A DNA stretch of 64,000 bases from an uncultured Planctomycetota bacterium (GCA_963845755.1 CAWJTV010000015.1:160001-224000), one strand, 5' to 3'. Positions 1-11,471 are shown, numbered from the stretch's first letter. Numbers and translations: made by a program. Notes: generated from the sequence alone by a model not told the origin.

Positions 1-635
1 GATTGAGGGTAACAAGCCTGGCCCGGAAGCTAGCGCGGCCGGAGTGACGATCGATCGCAAGAACCCCCACTCGGGCCAGGGGAGCCTGCGACTGGCCTCA
101 CCGACCGGTCCCGCCTCGGTCCTGAGCGGGTCGTTCGTGCCGAATTCCCTATCCAGCCTGACGATCCAGGCATTCTTCCGATCCGCGCCGGCCGACGCGG
201 TGATCCGCGTCTGGATCGAGGGGGAATCGGGGGGACAGCCGTATATCCGGCGGCTCCGAGTTGGACGTGACGACGAACTGGGAAGGGCGGGCGGTCCGTG
301 CCTCGGACCTGCCGCCGGGAGGGCTCGACTCGGCCCGGCTGCGATTCGAGCTGATGACGCCGGGCGTCCTCTGGATCGACGACCTGCACATCCTGGGCGA
401 TTCCACGTCGAAATCGGCCCGGCTCAACGCACGGCGCGCCCTGCTGGCGGCCTTGCAGGCGCACCGGGAGCAGCGGTACGCAGACTTTGCGCGCCTGGCC
501 GCATCGCACTGGGTCCGGCAGTCGGGGATCTCGGCCTACGGCCGGCTGGCCCGGGGTCCCGACGCCCCGTCGCGAACCGATCGTACGCCGGCTGCCGCGG
601 CTTCTGCCCTATCCTCGGACCGAAAGCTCAGGTAA
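1..635 (+). CDS. 3' part of a large hypothetical protein with a carbohydrate-binding-like jelly-roll segment (partial, frameshifted near 255)
   Basis: ORF 44..649 (HSGQGSLRLAS...VWIEGE) continues in the 261..635 frame (LRFELMTPGVLWIDDL); the start lies before the window. Confidence 0.55.
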
Positions 636-700
636 GATCACACTCCTGACCGTCTTCGCGCCAGTGGAGGATTGGTCCGACTGGAACAAGGAGGAATCGG

Positions 701-1471
701 GTGTTCGTCTCCTGTAGCACACTCTGCTTCGCGCGGGAGCCGCTGGAGGCGGCCCTCCGCCAGATCGCCGAGCTGGAGTTCGACAAGTTCGAGCTGGCCC
801 TCGTCGAGGACGGGATTCATTTGCGGCCATCCGAGGTCGGCGATAATCCCGAGTCGGCGCTGCAACGCCTGCGCAGCGGGCCTAGCCTGATCCCCTCGGC
901 GATCCACATCGACTTCGGCCCGGTCAACTGGTCGGATCCCTTGATCCGCCGCCGGTTTGACGGCCTCTGCCGACTGGCCAAGTCGCTCAGCGTCGCCGTA
1001 TTGACCATGCATGCCGCCCCGGCCGGCACTCCGCTGGACGACGAGATCCAGCGGCTCACCCAGCTCCTGAGCATCGCCATGCGCGAAGGGCTGGTCCTGG
1101 CCATGCTCACCCATTCCGAGACCGTGACCGGCGATCCCCGGGTTGCCGTCGAATTGTGCGAGGCCGTGCCCGGCCTGAGACTGACGCTCGACCCGAGCCA
1201 CTTCCTGCAGGGGTCGCAACCCTACCCCGACTTCGACGACGTCTTCCCCTACGTCCAGAACGTCCACCTCCGCGACACGGGCCAGGCGCCCGGCGAGTTC
1301 CAGGTCCGCGTCGGCCAGGGACAGGTCGATTACGCCCGTATCATCACCATGCTCCAGCGCTACAACTACAACCGCTCGCTCACCGTCGCCATCATCGACC
1401 GGCTCGAAAACCCCTTCGATCGCGAAGTCGAGGTCCGCAAGCTCAAGCTGCTGCTCGAGACCTTGATCTAG
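701..1471 (+). CDS. sugar phosphate isomerase/epimerase (xylose-isomerase-like TIM barrel)
   Basis: LTLDPSHF, NVHLRD and VGQGQVDY motifs; AGGAGG RBS upstream. Confidence 0.85.
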   Translation: MFVSCSTLCFAREPLEAALRQIAELEFDKFELALVEDGIHLRPSEVGDNPESALQRLRSGPSLIPSAIHIDFGPVNWSDPLIRRRFDGLCRLAKSLSVAVLTMHAAPAGTPLDDEIQRLTQLLSIAMREGLVLAMLTHSETVTGDPRVAVELCEAVPGLRLTLDPSHFLQGSQPYPDFDDVFPYVQNVHLRDTGQAPGEFQVRVGQGQVDYARIITMLQRYNYNRSLTVAIIDRLENPFDREVEVRKLKLLLETLI

Positions 1472-1506
1472 CGGATGGAGTGGACGATGATTGACGGGGA
1501 AGCTCC

Positions 1507-1704
1507 ATGGGCAAGAAGCGTGACATCCGCCAGATTGAGTCGATCGCTGGAGAGTTTCGGATGGCCCCTGAAGAGCGGCGCGACTTCGGTAGATATATCG
1601 AAGAATGCAAGGCGGTTGGAGAAAAAGGATCCGGGAAGTATGGAGACTTCACTTATGAAGAGCTACGTGATAAGGCGCGAGAGTTTCGAGGGGAAGAGAG
1701 ATGA
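1507..1704 (+). CDS. small charged helical hypothetical protein (possible toxin-tip-like domain)
   Basis: 65-aa ORF, A-richer than neighbours; stop overlaps the next start (ATGA). Confidence 0.6.
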   Translation: MGKKRDIRQIESIAGEFRMAPEERRDFGRYIEECKAVGEKGSGKYGDFTYEELRDKAREFRGEER

Positions 1705-2309
1705 GCACCACGCTGATCGATCTGAGTCGGGAACACGCGCAGTCCTCTGATGACCTCCCGGGTCTGCATGCCCACCTCGCTCAATTGATCGGCGAGCCAT
1801 TTCGTTTTGTTCAGTACTCGTATGGGGACGAGTTGACCCTGCACTTCGGGGACCTGGAGCCAGCGCGGCACCCGAAACTCAAAGGTAGACTGTACGGGGC
1901 GTTTATGCTGGGTCTACGCGCATCGCCCTGGAACTTGAAATCCGGATCCGAGCCTTGGGTCGTAAACGGGGGGATGTTGCTCGACGCTTCCAAGGCTGAG
2001 TTGGGGACGCCTCTAGACAAACGAGAATTGGAATCCCGGAAGATCATCGAACCCGGGAGTCTCGTCTTGGCGGCAGTCCCGTTTTTCGTCCAGCCGGTGG
2101 ATGGATTTGGGCTTCAACTTCGATTTGCGGATGGGAGTCTTCTGTCGGTCGTCCCCGCGGTCCCTGTACCGGATGAACCCGAGGACGAAGGTCTGCCCGA
2201 CCTGGCTGACTGGGAGGTCTTCACTCCGCGAGGTCTTCTGAGTGCCGGGCCCGGCCGCAGGTGGTCATTCGAGCCGAAGGGCGTAGCTTCGACCGCTCAG
2301 AAGGCGTAG
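1701..2309 (+). CDS. hypothetical protein translationally coupled to 1507..1704
   Basis: 202-aa ORF with ATGA overlap; GDELTLHFG ... W ... DWEVFTP pattern. Confidence 0.7.
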   Translation: MSTTLIDLSREHAQSSDDLPGLHAHLAQLIGEPFRFVQYSYGDELTLHFGDLEPARHPKLKGRLYGAFMLGLRASPWNLKSGSEPWVVNGGMLLDASKAELGTPLDKRELESRKIIEPGSLVLAAVPFFVQPVDGFGLQLRFADGSLLSVVPAVPVPDEPEDEGLPDLADWEVFTPRGLLSAGPGRRWSFEPKGVASTAQKA

Positions 2310-2356
2310 CATGTCCCGTCGTTTTGTAGGCTGGCGTCCCTCGAGGGGGAACCCAC

Positions 2357-2608
2357 ATGGCCGAAGTCAAGACGCTCGCCGAATGGATGGCCGAACGCGG
2401 TAACGGCGTGTCCGAGCTGGTCGCGGCCTCGGGCTTGGATGCGCGGGTGGTCGAAGCGATCGTCGAGAATCGTTACACGCCCAGTCCCCAGCAGCGACAG
2501 CGACTCTCTGTCGCGCTGGGGATCGAGCCCGACCAGGTTGCCTGGGGGCACGTGGCGGCGGTCGAACACGTCTATGGCCACGGCCCGCAGTTTGGCCGGA
2601 GTCCTTGA
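2357..2608 (+). CDS. XRE/Cro-like HTH protein, paralog 1
   Basis: ELVAASGLDARVVEAIVENRYTPS HTH pattern; GAGGGG RBS. Confidence 0.8.
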   Translation: MAEVKTLAEWMAERGNGVSELVAASGLDARVVEAIVENRYTPSPQQRQRLSVALGIEPDQVAWGHVAAVEHVYGHGPQFGRSP

Positions 2609-2650
2609 GCGCGTCCGCTCACCAGCAGGGCGAACAGAGGGCGAACGATC

Positions 2651-2890
2651 ATGACCGAGAACGTCCAGACGATCGAGCAGCTTTGCGTCGAGCACGGGAT
2701 CGACGCCCGGCAGTTGGCCGAACGCGCCGGCGTGGACGAGCAGCGGGTCCTGGCGATCGTAGAAGGTCGTTGGACGCCGAGCCCCCAGGAGCGCGACCGG
2801 ATCGCCGCCGTCTTCGGGGTGACCCGCGACCAGGTTGCCTGGGGCCACAAGACGCCGATCCAGCACCTCTACGGCCAGGGACCGGCCTGA
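2651..2890 (+). CDS. XRE/Cro-like HTH protein, paralog 2
   Basis: QLAERAGVDEQRVLAIVEGRWTPS; shares the DQVAWGH tail with paralog 1. Confidence 0.8.
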   Translation: MTENVQTIEQLCVEHGIDARQLAERAGVDEQRVLAIVEGRWTPSPQERDRIAAVFGVTRDQVAWGHKTPIQHLYGQGPA

Positions 2891-2937
2891 ACGAGCCGGC
2901 AGGATCCGCGGTCGAATCTCCTCGGCGCTCCACCGCG

Positions 2938-3836
2938 TCACGGGAATCTGCCGGCATGACGGCGGACGCGCTCTCCGTGCTCGGCCAGCAAGGCGTATTC
3001 CGAAGCGGCCAGCGGTCGGCTCGATCGCAAAACCTCGAGGTCTTCATCCAGCTCGGCCCGATTCGACGGAGCGGCCAGCACCACGGCAACAGAATCAGAT
3101 TGGAGCACGAAGCGGTACAGGTCGGGTGCCGTCGGGACGCGGAACCCGGGCGGGTCTTCGGGCGCCGGCTGGAGCAGGGCCCCCCATCGCAGAGCCGTGT
3201 AGGCGATCACGGGCATCCCGATCGCGTCGGTGGTGGGGAAGACTTCGCGCTCGGCGCCGCGGTGAGCCGCGTTGTACCGGATCATCAGCGCATCGAGGAG
3301 TCCACTCCGCGCCATCTCGGCCGCCAGGGGCGCTGATGGCTCGTAACTCCGAGCGACCGGATGATCCCGTCCTGCTTCGCGGCCTGGCAATAAGCCAAGG
3401 CGCCTCCGGGAGCGGTCAGGGCCCGCCATTCCGCCGCCCGTTCCACGTAATAGAACGTCAAGACATCGATGTAGTCGGTCCCGAGTACGGCCAGGATCGA
3501 GTGGAGCTCCTCCGCGGCGTCGGACGAAGTGCGGGCTCCGAACTGGACGGAGACGACGATCGACTCGCGCCACGAACCCAGCGCGGCAATGACCTCACTG
3601 AGCGCGTCCGCGCCACCTGGGGTATCGGCCTCGCCCGGCCAGTTCAGGAAGTTCAGGCCCCGCTCGATAGCGTGAAGCACGTCGTCCGGGGTGAGCCCGG
3701 TACGGTCACCTCGCGTGGCCAGCCCGAGCCGGCAGGCCGGTTTGCCGAACGCGACGGCCGGGCAGGTTAGGAAGGAGGGCGATCCGGCCGCGGGCCTCGC
3801 CGGATCGTCTGATGAAGAGGGACTCACGTTCGTCAT
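2938..3836 (-). CDS. aldo/keto reductase (frameshifted near 3330)
   Basis: ORF 3285..3836 (LGTDYIDVL, GIIRSLGVTSH) joins 2938..3573 (MIRYNAAHR, VIAYTALRWG). Confidence 0.85.
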
Positions 3837-3854
3837 GCGGTTACTCCTGGTCTC

Positions 3855-6635
3855 TCATCGGTCGGGCCCGTCGCCCTGAGGTTGTCCTTCGTGCCGCTTG
3901 ATGACCACGAAGTTGCAGCCGTTGGACGCCACGTTGACCGTGAACCGTAGGTGGCCATCGGCTTGCCGTGGATGCGACGACGTGCTGGTCGGATGACACT
4001 CGGACGTCTTCCGGATCTCCTCGACCTCAACCGCAGGATAGGCCGTGGGACCCAGGGCGCCCCGGACAATGGCTGCGGCCGCGTCGCGGACGCGCCGGTC
4101 CTTCGCCTGCCCGGCCAGCGTGAAGACCGCTTCCAGGGTCGCGCGACGCGCCACGGCATCGAGTTTCATGAGCGTCTCGATGGCCTGGAGCTGGACCGCC
4201 GGATCGTCGCTTTCCAGGCCCTTCTTCACCTCCGCCAGCCGAACGGCGTCGGGCTGGCCACCCGGCCTGGGAAGATCGAGGATCGCACGCATCAGCCGGA
4301 ATGGCGAATTGTGTTCGCGATCGAAGCGATATTCCTGGACCTGAGCGTCCCCGGACCAGCCCAGTCCGTCGAGGTCGAGCGTCAAGTCGAAGGACGCCTC
4401 CGACCGCGACTGGGTGTCCTGCGCGTGGTGGGAGTAGAGCAGGATCCGAATGACTCCCCGGTCGTCGCGCGAGGCAACGCCGCTCGTCACGGTGCCGGCG
4501 ACCACCCGATCCGGAAGGACCCAGTATTGGTCGCCGAAATCCGACAGCATCCCCAGCACGTGGAAGATCGGCATCGGGATGGTCACGGTCCGGTCCGACC
4601 GGCCGTCTCCGTCATCGTCGCAATGGAGGACTCGCGTGATGGCGTTCAAGCCCGCGAAATTCGCGGGCGGCGGCCAGACCGTCAGGATCGTCTCACCGTA
4701 TGCATATCGGTGATCGCGAGCGGCCCGAAGGAGCTGGCGGTGCACGACGTCGGCACACCAGCTAGGGAAGTAGCCATTGCCCAGGTACGCGTCGGTGGCC
4801 GCTTGTTCAGGTGGCGGCATCCAGTCGGGGCACGACTCGTGCGAGTTGACCCAGAGCGCTCGGTAGTAGTCCGGGTCGATCTCCAACGCGAATTCCTTGG
4901 CCCGGATCAGCTTGTCGGCCATCAGCTCGGACCGGTTGTAGCTGTGGATCGAGATGAAATCACAGGGGCTCCCCTTGCCGCCGTGTTCGCGGCAGAGGGC
5001 CTCGACACGTTGGGATCGCATGCCATCGAGCCGATGGTCGGCCACGGCGGCGTTGAGGGGTAAAGCGCCCTCGGCGCGGGCACGGGGCGAGCAGTGGGCG
5101 AGGAACTCGCGAAGTCTCAGGTTCGTGCCGAAGATGCCGCCGAGCTCCAGGCCGCCGATGAAGACCTTCTTCGAGTCGTACCCGCGATCCTCGAAGGCGC
5201 GGAGAATCGCGTCCGTCGTGTAATCGTAGAACCGCTGGAGCTCCTTCCAGTCGGCCCGCCAGAAAAGGGCACCCAGGTCCGGCTCGTTGAAGACGCTCCA
5301 GGTGAAGCCGAGGGCAGCGTCGCCGTAGCGTTCGATCACATGGCCGGCGATCGTGCCGGCCACCTCGTGCCACTGGACATAGTCCTTGACGGTCGTCCAG
5401 CTCCGGCCGTCGCGCGCCAGGTCTCCGGGAGCGTCCGCGAAGTTGACCATGATGCGACGGCCATACTTGCGGTGGGCCAGGTCCCATTCCTTGTCGAGCC
5501 GCCCCCAGTAATAGCACGCTGTGCCGGGCGGGTCGAACTTGCGAAGGTAGCACCCGCCTGATGGGAAAAGCCCCGGCGCGTCGGGATTCTCTCGTTCGGG
5601 GAGCGGACCCTCGTATGCGATCTTCCACCCGCCGGGCGGCCTCGCGATGGGAGTAACGGTGACTGTGCCAGCCGCACGATCCGCGGCCATGACCTTCGCT
5701 CGGGCGTCATGGACACCGTCGGCGATGAGCACCGTATCGCCCGGGCGATAGTCCTCGGACACCGATCGACCCGCCGGGATGCCGTACTGCTCGTGACCGA
5801 ACACGTCCTCGAGGCGGAGCACGACGCCCCCCGCGCGCGACTCCATCGCGGCGATCCGGCGCGTCTCGCGTTCGCGGACGATGTTGGGCAGCCTCTGCGG
5901 AAGGAATCCCGCGGGCCGGAACTCGGTGCCCGTCGGCCAGAAGTCGCGCTGATAACTCCAGGCCGAAGGATGCTGCTTACGAGCTTCGGCCATCAGCTCA
6001 TACGTCGGCCCGTAATTCGCCGCCTCGCTGCAGAAGATCACGTTGCAGAGGCCCGAGAAGAACCGTCCCTGCCACTGGACCGGTGGGGCTCCGAGATCGA
6101 TGGGGAACTCCAGAGTCCGGACGGAAGGAGTCGTTTCGGTCGTGAAGCTCCAGGTCCCCACATTCTCGGTTTGCCCGGTCCCACCGGCCGCGCCGGCCGA
6201 CACTCGCACGCCATAAGTCGTCGCGGGCTCGAGCGGGCCCCGGGGCTCGATGTAGACTGCAAGCGCCCTGGCACCAGAGAGGTCAGTCCTGGGCTTCAAC
6301 CATCCCGAGACCCGCTCGGCGAAGCGGCGACCGGGCCTGAGCAGATCAACGCCATCGCCTCGCTTCGACTCGAGTCGGACGGCCACCGAATCGGGGCTCA
6401 CATCCCGGGGATTGCTCGTCCTTGCGGACAACGCGAGCTCGAAGTACAGGCTCGTCCGAAGCGGGACATCCCGCGCGTCGCGGAACGGCCGGGGACTACC
6501 GTGCGGATCGGGCACACGCTCAACCAACTTGACCGTCTGACCGAGCGACGTGCCGGCGCCGAGCGGCTCGAGGGCAAGGAGGAGGAACGCCACGGATTTG
6601 CGAGTGGGCCAGGCCATTTCAAGAAGCCCGAACAC
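3855..6635 (-). CDS. secreted glycoside-hydrolase-like protein (GH39/clan A-like) with N-terminal Ig-like region and C-terminal HEAT-like repeat
   Basis: Signal peptide; WSVFNEPD acid/base motif; CDFISIHSY; LESDDPAVQLQAIETL and DRRVRDAAA repeat. Confidence 0.65.
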   Translation of the reverse strand: MFGLLEMAWPTRKSVAFLLLALEPLGAGTSLGQTVKLVERVPDPHGSPRPFRDARDVPLRTSLYFELALSARTSNPRDVSPDSVAVRLESKRGDGVDLLRPGRRFAERVSGWLKPRTDLSGARALAVYIEPRGPLEPATTYGVRVSAGAAGGTGQTENVGTWSFTTETTPSVRTLEFPIDLGAPPVQWQGRFFSGLCNVIFCSEAANYGPTYELMAEARKQHPSAWSYQRDFWPTGTEFRPAGFLPQRLPNIVRERETRRIAAMESRAGGVVLRLEDVFGHEQYGIPAGRSVSEDYRPGDTVLIADGVHDARAKVMAADRAAGTVTVTPIARPPGGWKIAYEGPLPERENPDAPGLFPSGGCYLRKFDPPGTACYYWGRLDKEWDLAHRKYGRRIMVNFADAPGDLARDGRSWTTVKDYVQWHEVAGTIAGHVIERYGDAALGFTWSVFNEPDLGALFWRADWKELQRFYDYTTDAILRAFEDRGYDSKKVFIGGLELGGIFGTNLRLREFLAHCSPRARAEGALPLNAAVADHRLDGMRSQRVEALCREHGGKGSPCDFISIHSYNRSELMADKLIRAKEFALEIDPDYYRALWVNSHESCPDWMPPPEQAATDAYLGNGYFPSWCADVVHRQLLRAARDHRYAYGETILTVWPPPANFAGLNAITRVLHCDDDGDGRSDRTVTIPMPIFHVLGMLSDFGDQYWVLPDRVVAGTVTSGVASRDDRGVIRILLYSHHAQDTQSRSEASFDLTLDLDGLGWSGDAQVQEYRFDREHNSPFRLMRAILDLPRPGGQPDAVRLAEVKKGLESDDPAVQLQAIETLMKLDAVARRATLEAVFTLAGQAKDRRVRDAAAAIVRGALGPTAYPAVEVEEIRKTSECHPTSTSSHPRQADGHLRFTVNVASNGCNFVVIKRHEGQPQGDGPDR

Positions 6636-6769
6636 GCTTCACGGGAGAGTCGCGTACGTCACCTCGATCGTGTGGTGCGTGCCGGACCTCGGCGCGAAGG
6701 GCTCGAGGGTTGTCCTCCTGGTAACAGGTGAAATAACAGGTGGAGCGTCCGCACGCCAGTTTCATCGGC

Positions 6770-6840
6770 ATTTACCGATAATATAAAAAATCTAAATATT
6801 AATATGTTCACAAATTCGGTGTACAATTCATTTGCAGATT
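6770..6840. promoter_or_regulatory. AT-rich intergenic island between divergent genes (likely promoter region)
   Basis: ttaccgataatataaaaaatctaaatattaatatgttcacaaatt in a very GC-rich background. Confidence 0.45.
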
Positions 6841-7232
6841 GCCCTCGCTGCCGAACGGGCCTGCGTGCCGGACACGCCGGCGGAGTTCACCTGGCCTGCG
6901 ACTGAGGCCGGGCGAGTCTCTCAGGGCACCAACCCATCACGTTGCGGAGCGTCGGTTTGCCGGGATGGAATCCGGCGGGCTCGCGGGACGTTCAACTTGA
7001 ATGTTACCCGCACCGCGACCGAATCGCCACGCCCCGTCATTGCAACATGAGTCCGAGAGAGACTGGATTGGCCCGTGCCCCGGGGTTATGCTCTACGCTC
7101 GAGTGGGCACCGGCAAGGGCGACGCGTTGTCTGCAGGCTCAGCGCCTTGCCTCTCACTCGAAGGCATGCGCTCTCAATGCATCTATCCGGCGCCACGAAT
7201 GACGCCCGATCGCGCGAGGGGAGGGAGACACG

Positions 7233-9957
7233 ATGTGGTTCTGGGTACAGGCGGCACTGGCCGCCACGATCGCCGTTACTCTGGTCTTGCTCTACTCGAG
7301 GTTCATCTCGGACCTTCTACGTTACTTGCTCGATCACATGGGTCAGACGGTGATCCTCATCCTCCTTTACTTGATCGTTTACGCGCAAGTCGGTGGTGCA
7401 GCTGGGAGTCCCCTACTTGTTCTGGAACGAGGAGCCGGTGACTCGGTTCTCCGCGGCCGTCGGTTGCACGCTGCTGTTGGCGTTGCTCGGGATCAACGCT
7501 TACTACCTCATTCCCGAAAACCAACAGGTCGAGGTGATGGACCGGATCGAGGCGTTCCTCGCCCGCAGGTCCGTCTTGAAGCTCCCGTTCGGGCGTTGGC
7601 TCGAACCGAGCCGTGGGAACGCAGTCGAATTGAGCCGCTTTCTGCGGGCTGCCCGATTCCCGTTCCTGATGATGCTCTTTCTGCCGGCGCTACTGCCCCT
7701 GGTCTTCCCGGTCGTGCCCCGTTATGCGCCCGTCGCATCGGAGGATTTGGAGAGGCTCCTCAACTGGGCGAATCGGCACGACCTCTACGACGAGTGGAAC
7801 CGGCACCCCGATGTCTCTGCCCACGTCCCGGCTTACCTGTTCGGGCTGGCCATCTGGGCCGCAGGGTTATTGACCGGCGTGGTCGTCGTCAAGTTCGCCA
7901 TCAAGGCGACATCTTCACTCCACCCGCTGGTCAAGCGGTTCGACGCCTTCGTCTTCCCGCCGGTCCGTCGGGTACTCGTGCGGTTGAGCGAGTTGCTGCG
8001 TGGGACCACCAACCGCCCATCCGCCATAACGATCTCGGCCGCAAAGCTGAACTCGATCATCACGTTCTTCGGCGTCACGATCCTTTGCTATATCGCGTTC
8101 GGTACGGTCTTTTACGGGAACCACGACCTCGGCCTGTTCGTGTATCGGGGGGTGGCGCCGCATGTGCCATCTGTGCCCTTCTGGGCATCCTGGCGATGGC
8201 GACCGCCGCGTTTGAACTGACCAGGCCACGGTTCCGGCTGCTGGTCGTCGCCGTGGCGATCGGCTGGATCGGCTGGATGAACCACGACCCCTTCAAGCTT
8301 CGGTTCGAGAACCTGCCGCACTATCCGCCCGAGCGCCCAGTCGTGCTCACGGAGGCGACGGTATTCAAGTCGTACGACGACCCGAATTTTCGCCCCAAGT
8401 CGCTCGTCGACGAGAGTCAGTTGCTGCCGCGCTGGGCCCAATACGCACAGGCGAACTCCGCATTTCCCGGCGCAAGCCGAAACTGGCCGTCGTCTGCGTA
8501 TCCGGTGGCGCGACCCGGTCGGCGTACTGGAGCGCGCTGGTCCTGGATCGGCTCGATCGAAGGATCGACCCGGCCCATCCGTTCCACAACCACGTCCGGC
8601 TGATAACGGGCGCCTCGGGGGGCATGGTCGGCACCGCGTATTACGTGAAGTGGCTGTACGACAATCACCCTCGGTCCGACCCCGCGAAGAGAAGAATCTG
8701 GCCGTCCGGTCAAGACCGTTGGTACTGGGTGATGCCGATCGACAGCCTCAGAGCCGTGGCGCGCTCGCTCGCGCTCCGCGAGACATGGAGGATGTTGGTC
8801 CCGCGCTGGGGGAAGAACTTCGACGACCGGGGGAATGTCCTGGAGAAGGACTGGGGCGATCTCCGCCTGGTCGCGTTTTCCGACCTCCGCCCCCTGGAGG
8901 AGGCGGGCGAGCTGCCGTCGCTGATCTTCTCGCCGATGACCGTCGATGACGGGCGCCGTCTCTTGATCAGCAACCTGGATCTCCGGACCGACGCCCCGAC
9001 GCCGAGCGAGCCGACGGCTCATGCCCTTCCGCTCAACCGGGGGAGCGCGCTCAACGGCGATAACGATGGGACGAAGATGGAGCGTTACTCGCTCTCCGGG
9101 ATCGAGTTCTTCAAGGTATTCCCGGGTGCGAACGACTTCCAGCTTTCGACCGCCGCGCGAATGAGCGCGACGTTCCCGTGGGTGTCCCCCGCGGTGAACC
9201 TGCCCACCGACCCGCCTCTCCGGGTCGTCGACGCCGGTTACTTCGACAACTTCGGAGTCAACATCGCGGGCGCCTGGCTGCACCTTCACCAAGATTGGAT
9301 CGTCGCGAACACGTCGGGAGTGGTCCTCATCCAGATCCGCGATTCCGTGAGCCGGAACGACCGATTGGGTTTTCCCGAGCCCGAGACCTACGGCGCGATC
9401 GAGCAGGCGCTTGCGGGGTTCCAGTTCCTCTTCAGCCCGGTCGACGCGGTGCTCGCGGCGCGGACGACCTCAGCGATCTACCGGAACGACCAGGCGGTTG
9501 CCGCGATCGGGGAGAGCTTCACGCGACTGACGAAGGACCCGGCGTTCTTCACCACGGTCGCCTTTGAGAACTCCGCCGAGGTCACCGTCGATCAGGCCCA
9601 GGATCGATGGGGACGACACCTGGTCCGACATCCAGAACGACACTTCGTCCTCCGAGGTCCCGTCGTCTTCCACGACGGTGGCGATGAGCTGGTACCTGAC
9701 CCAGGCCGAGGTCCGTGCCCTCGAGAACGCCATTCCCGAGTTGAACGTGACCCCGGGCTTTTCGAAGCAGCGGGAGGAGTGGATCGTCACGCACGCCAGG
9801 AAGGTCGCCGACGTGCCCCGCGGCAGCGCCGAGCGAATGCGATTGATGCGCCAGTTGGACCGTGCCCGCATGTTCAACGAACTCGCCGGGAACGCCGAGC
9901 GCGTTCGACGCTCTCGCGAAGTGGTGGAGGGAAGATCATACGGTCAAGGCCAGATGA
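7233..9957 (+). CDS. multi-pass membrane protein with C-terminal patatin-like phospholipase domain (several frameshifts; 3' end could extend to 10016)
   Basis: TM helices in 7233..8300; SGGATRSA oxyanion motif (~8500), ITGASGGMVG nucleophile (~8605) and VVDAGYFDNFG. Confidence 0.75.
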
Positions 9958-10159
9958 TCAGTTCGGCGATGCCAAGGCTGAGCGGGCGAACTCCGAGTCT
10001 GTTCCAGAACGGGTAATTCCGGTCGAGCGGGGGGCGTCAGCCCCCACCCCCGTCGGAGTCGCCATCTGGCCGGAATTCTTCTGACCGATGGATCACCGTC
10101 TCCGAGGGATTCGCCAATGTGGCCGGCGTTGACGATGAGGGCGCGGAGATCGTCGTCAC

Positions 10160-10409
10160 TCACCCAGTCGCGCCGTTATACTGGAACCCGACAATGGTCG
10201 AAGACGAACTCGGGTACGATCCCGCCACCTGCCCCAGATTGTTGAGATTCGCGCTGGTGATCGCCGCGGTCCAAGGCGAGGTGGGGGCTCGATTGGTGAG
10301 TGCGGTGACCGTATACAACGGATCGGCACCCGCCCGAGTCCCGATCGCGAGGACGAAGACGGAACCAACCAAAACCATCCGGCGAGCGCGGTACGTAATG
10401 CTTGCTCAT
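10160..10409 (-). pseudogene. truncated N-terminal fragment of a secreted HAF-repeat/PEP-CTERM-type protein
   Basis: Signal peptide ...AGADPLYTVTAL...NNLGQVAG, then an in-frame TGA at 10160-10162. Confidence 0.4.
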
Positions 10410-10748
10410 GCTACCATCCATGGATGACAGTCAGCGTAACAGCATGCACGTCGATCCGTGGATGCTTAACCGATTCCCGAGTCGGCGGCAACGTCAATTT
10501 CCCGGGATGCATGCTCGTCTCTGGACCGGCCTCCAGGCTGCGCCGAGCGTGAGGTGCTCGAGTACCACCCATCCAGATCGTCGGCGCGTGGACGAGTCCA
10601 TCGACCTCCGGATTCGGAGGCTTACCCAGAACCCATGCGCTGCAGTAACTTACGATCACTCCTGCACTTCTCTGGTTCGCGGTCGCGCGTTAGCATTGAT
10701 GAGCGACTCCCTCGTTACTGAGATCGACTACCGCCGGGAGCAAGGTCG

Positions 10749-11380
10749 ATGAAGCCGGGCTCCGGAGCCAAAGCCGACGGCGAGGACCCAGTTCCTCCGC
10801 CGACGAACGCTGTGATCCGCATTCTCTCGGACATCGAGCATGGCGACCCGGCTGCGGCCGAGCGTCTCCTGCCCCTGGTGTACGATGAGTTGCGCAACCT
10901 CGCCGCGCAGATGCTCGCTCAGGAGAAGCCAGGGCAGACCCTCCAGCCCACCGCGCTGGTGCACGAGGCGTACCTCCGGCTGGTCGGGGATGAGCCCGAG
11001 AAGCCCTGGAACGGGCGCCGGCATTTCTTCGGCGCCGCGGCCGAGGCGATGCGTCGGGTCCTGATCGACCGGGCCCGCAATCGTTCGACGGCAAAAGCGC
11101 GGCGGGGAGTCGCCGGCGCGTTCGGATCGACCTCGAGGCTCTCCTCGTCGATCCACCCGACGAGGACCTTCTGGCATTGGACGAGGCTCTGGAGGCAATG
11201 GTGCGCGAGGACCCAGCCGGGGCCGAGCTGGTCCGGTTACGCGCCTTCGCGGGCCTGACGCTCGGCGAGGCGGCCGAGGTGCTGGGCATCGGTCGCCGCA
11301 CCGCCGACCGCTACTGGGCTTATGCCCGTGCCTGGCTCTGCGACGCGTTGAGCGGAGACGAGTCGGCCTCTCCTACCTGA
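10749..11380 (+). CDS. ECF-type RNA polymerase sigma factor (planctomycete kinase-associated type), frameshifted
   Basis: [29 protein letters not shown] and [15 protein letters not shown]. Confidence 0.9.
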
Positions 11381-11471
11381 TCGAAAAAACGTGCCGACCT
11401 GGCGCAGTTCGGGCGAAAACGGAGCATGGAGGGGGAAGGAAGCGAATTTTGCTCAGAAAAGGGGATCGATC

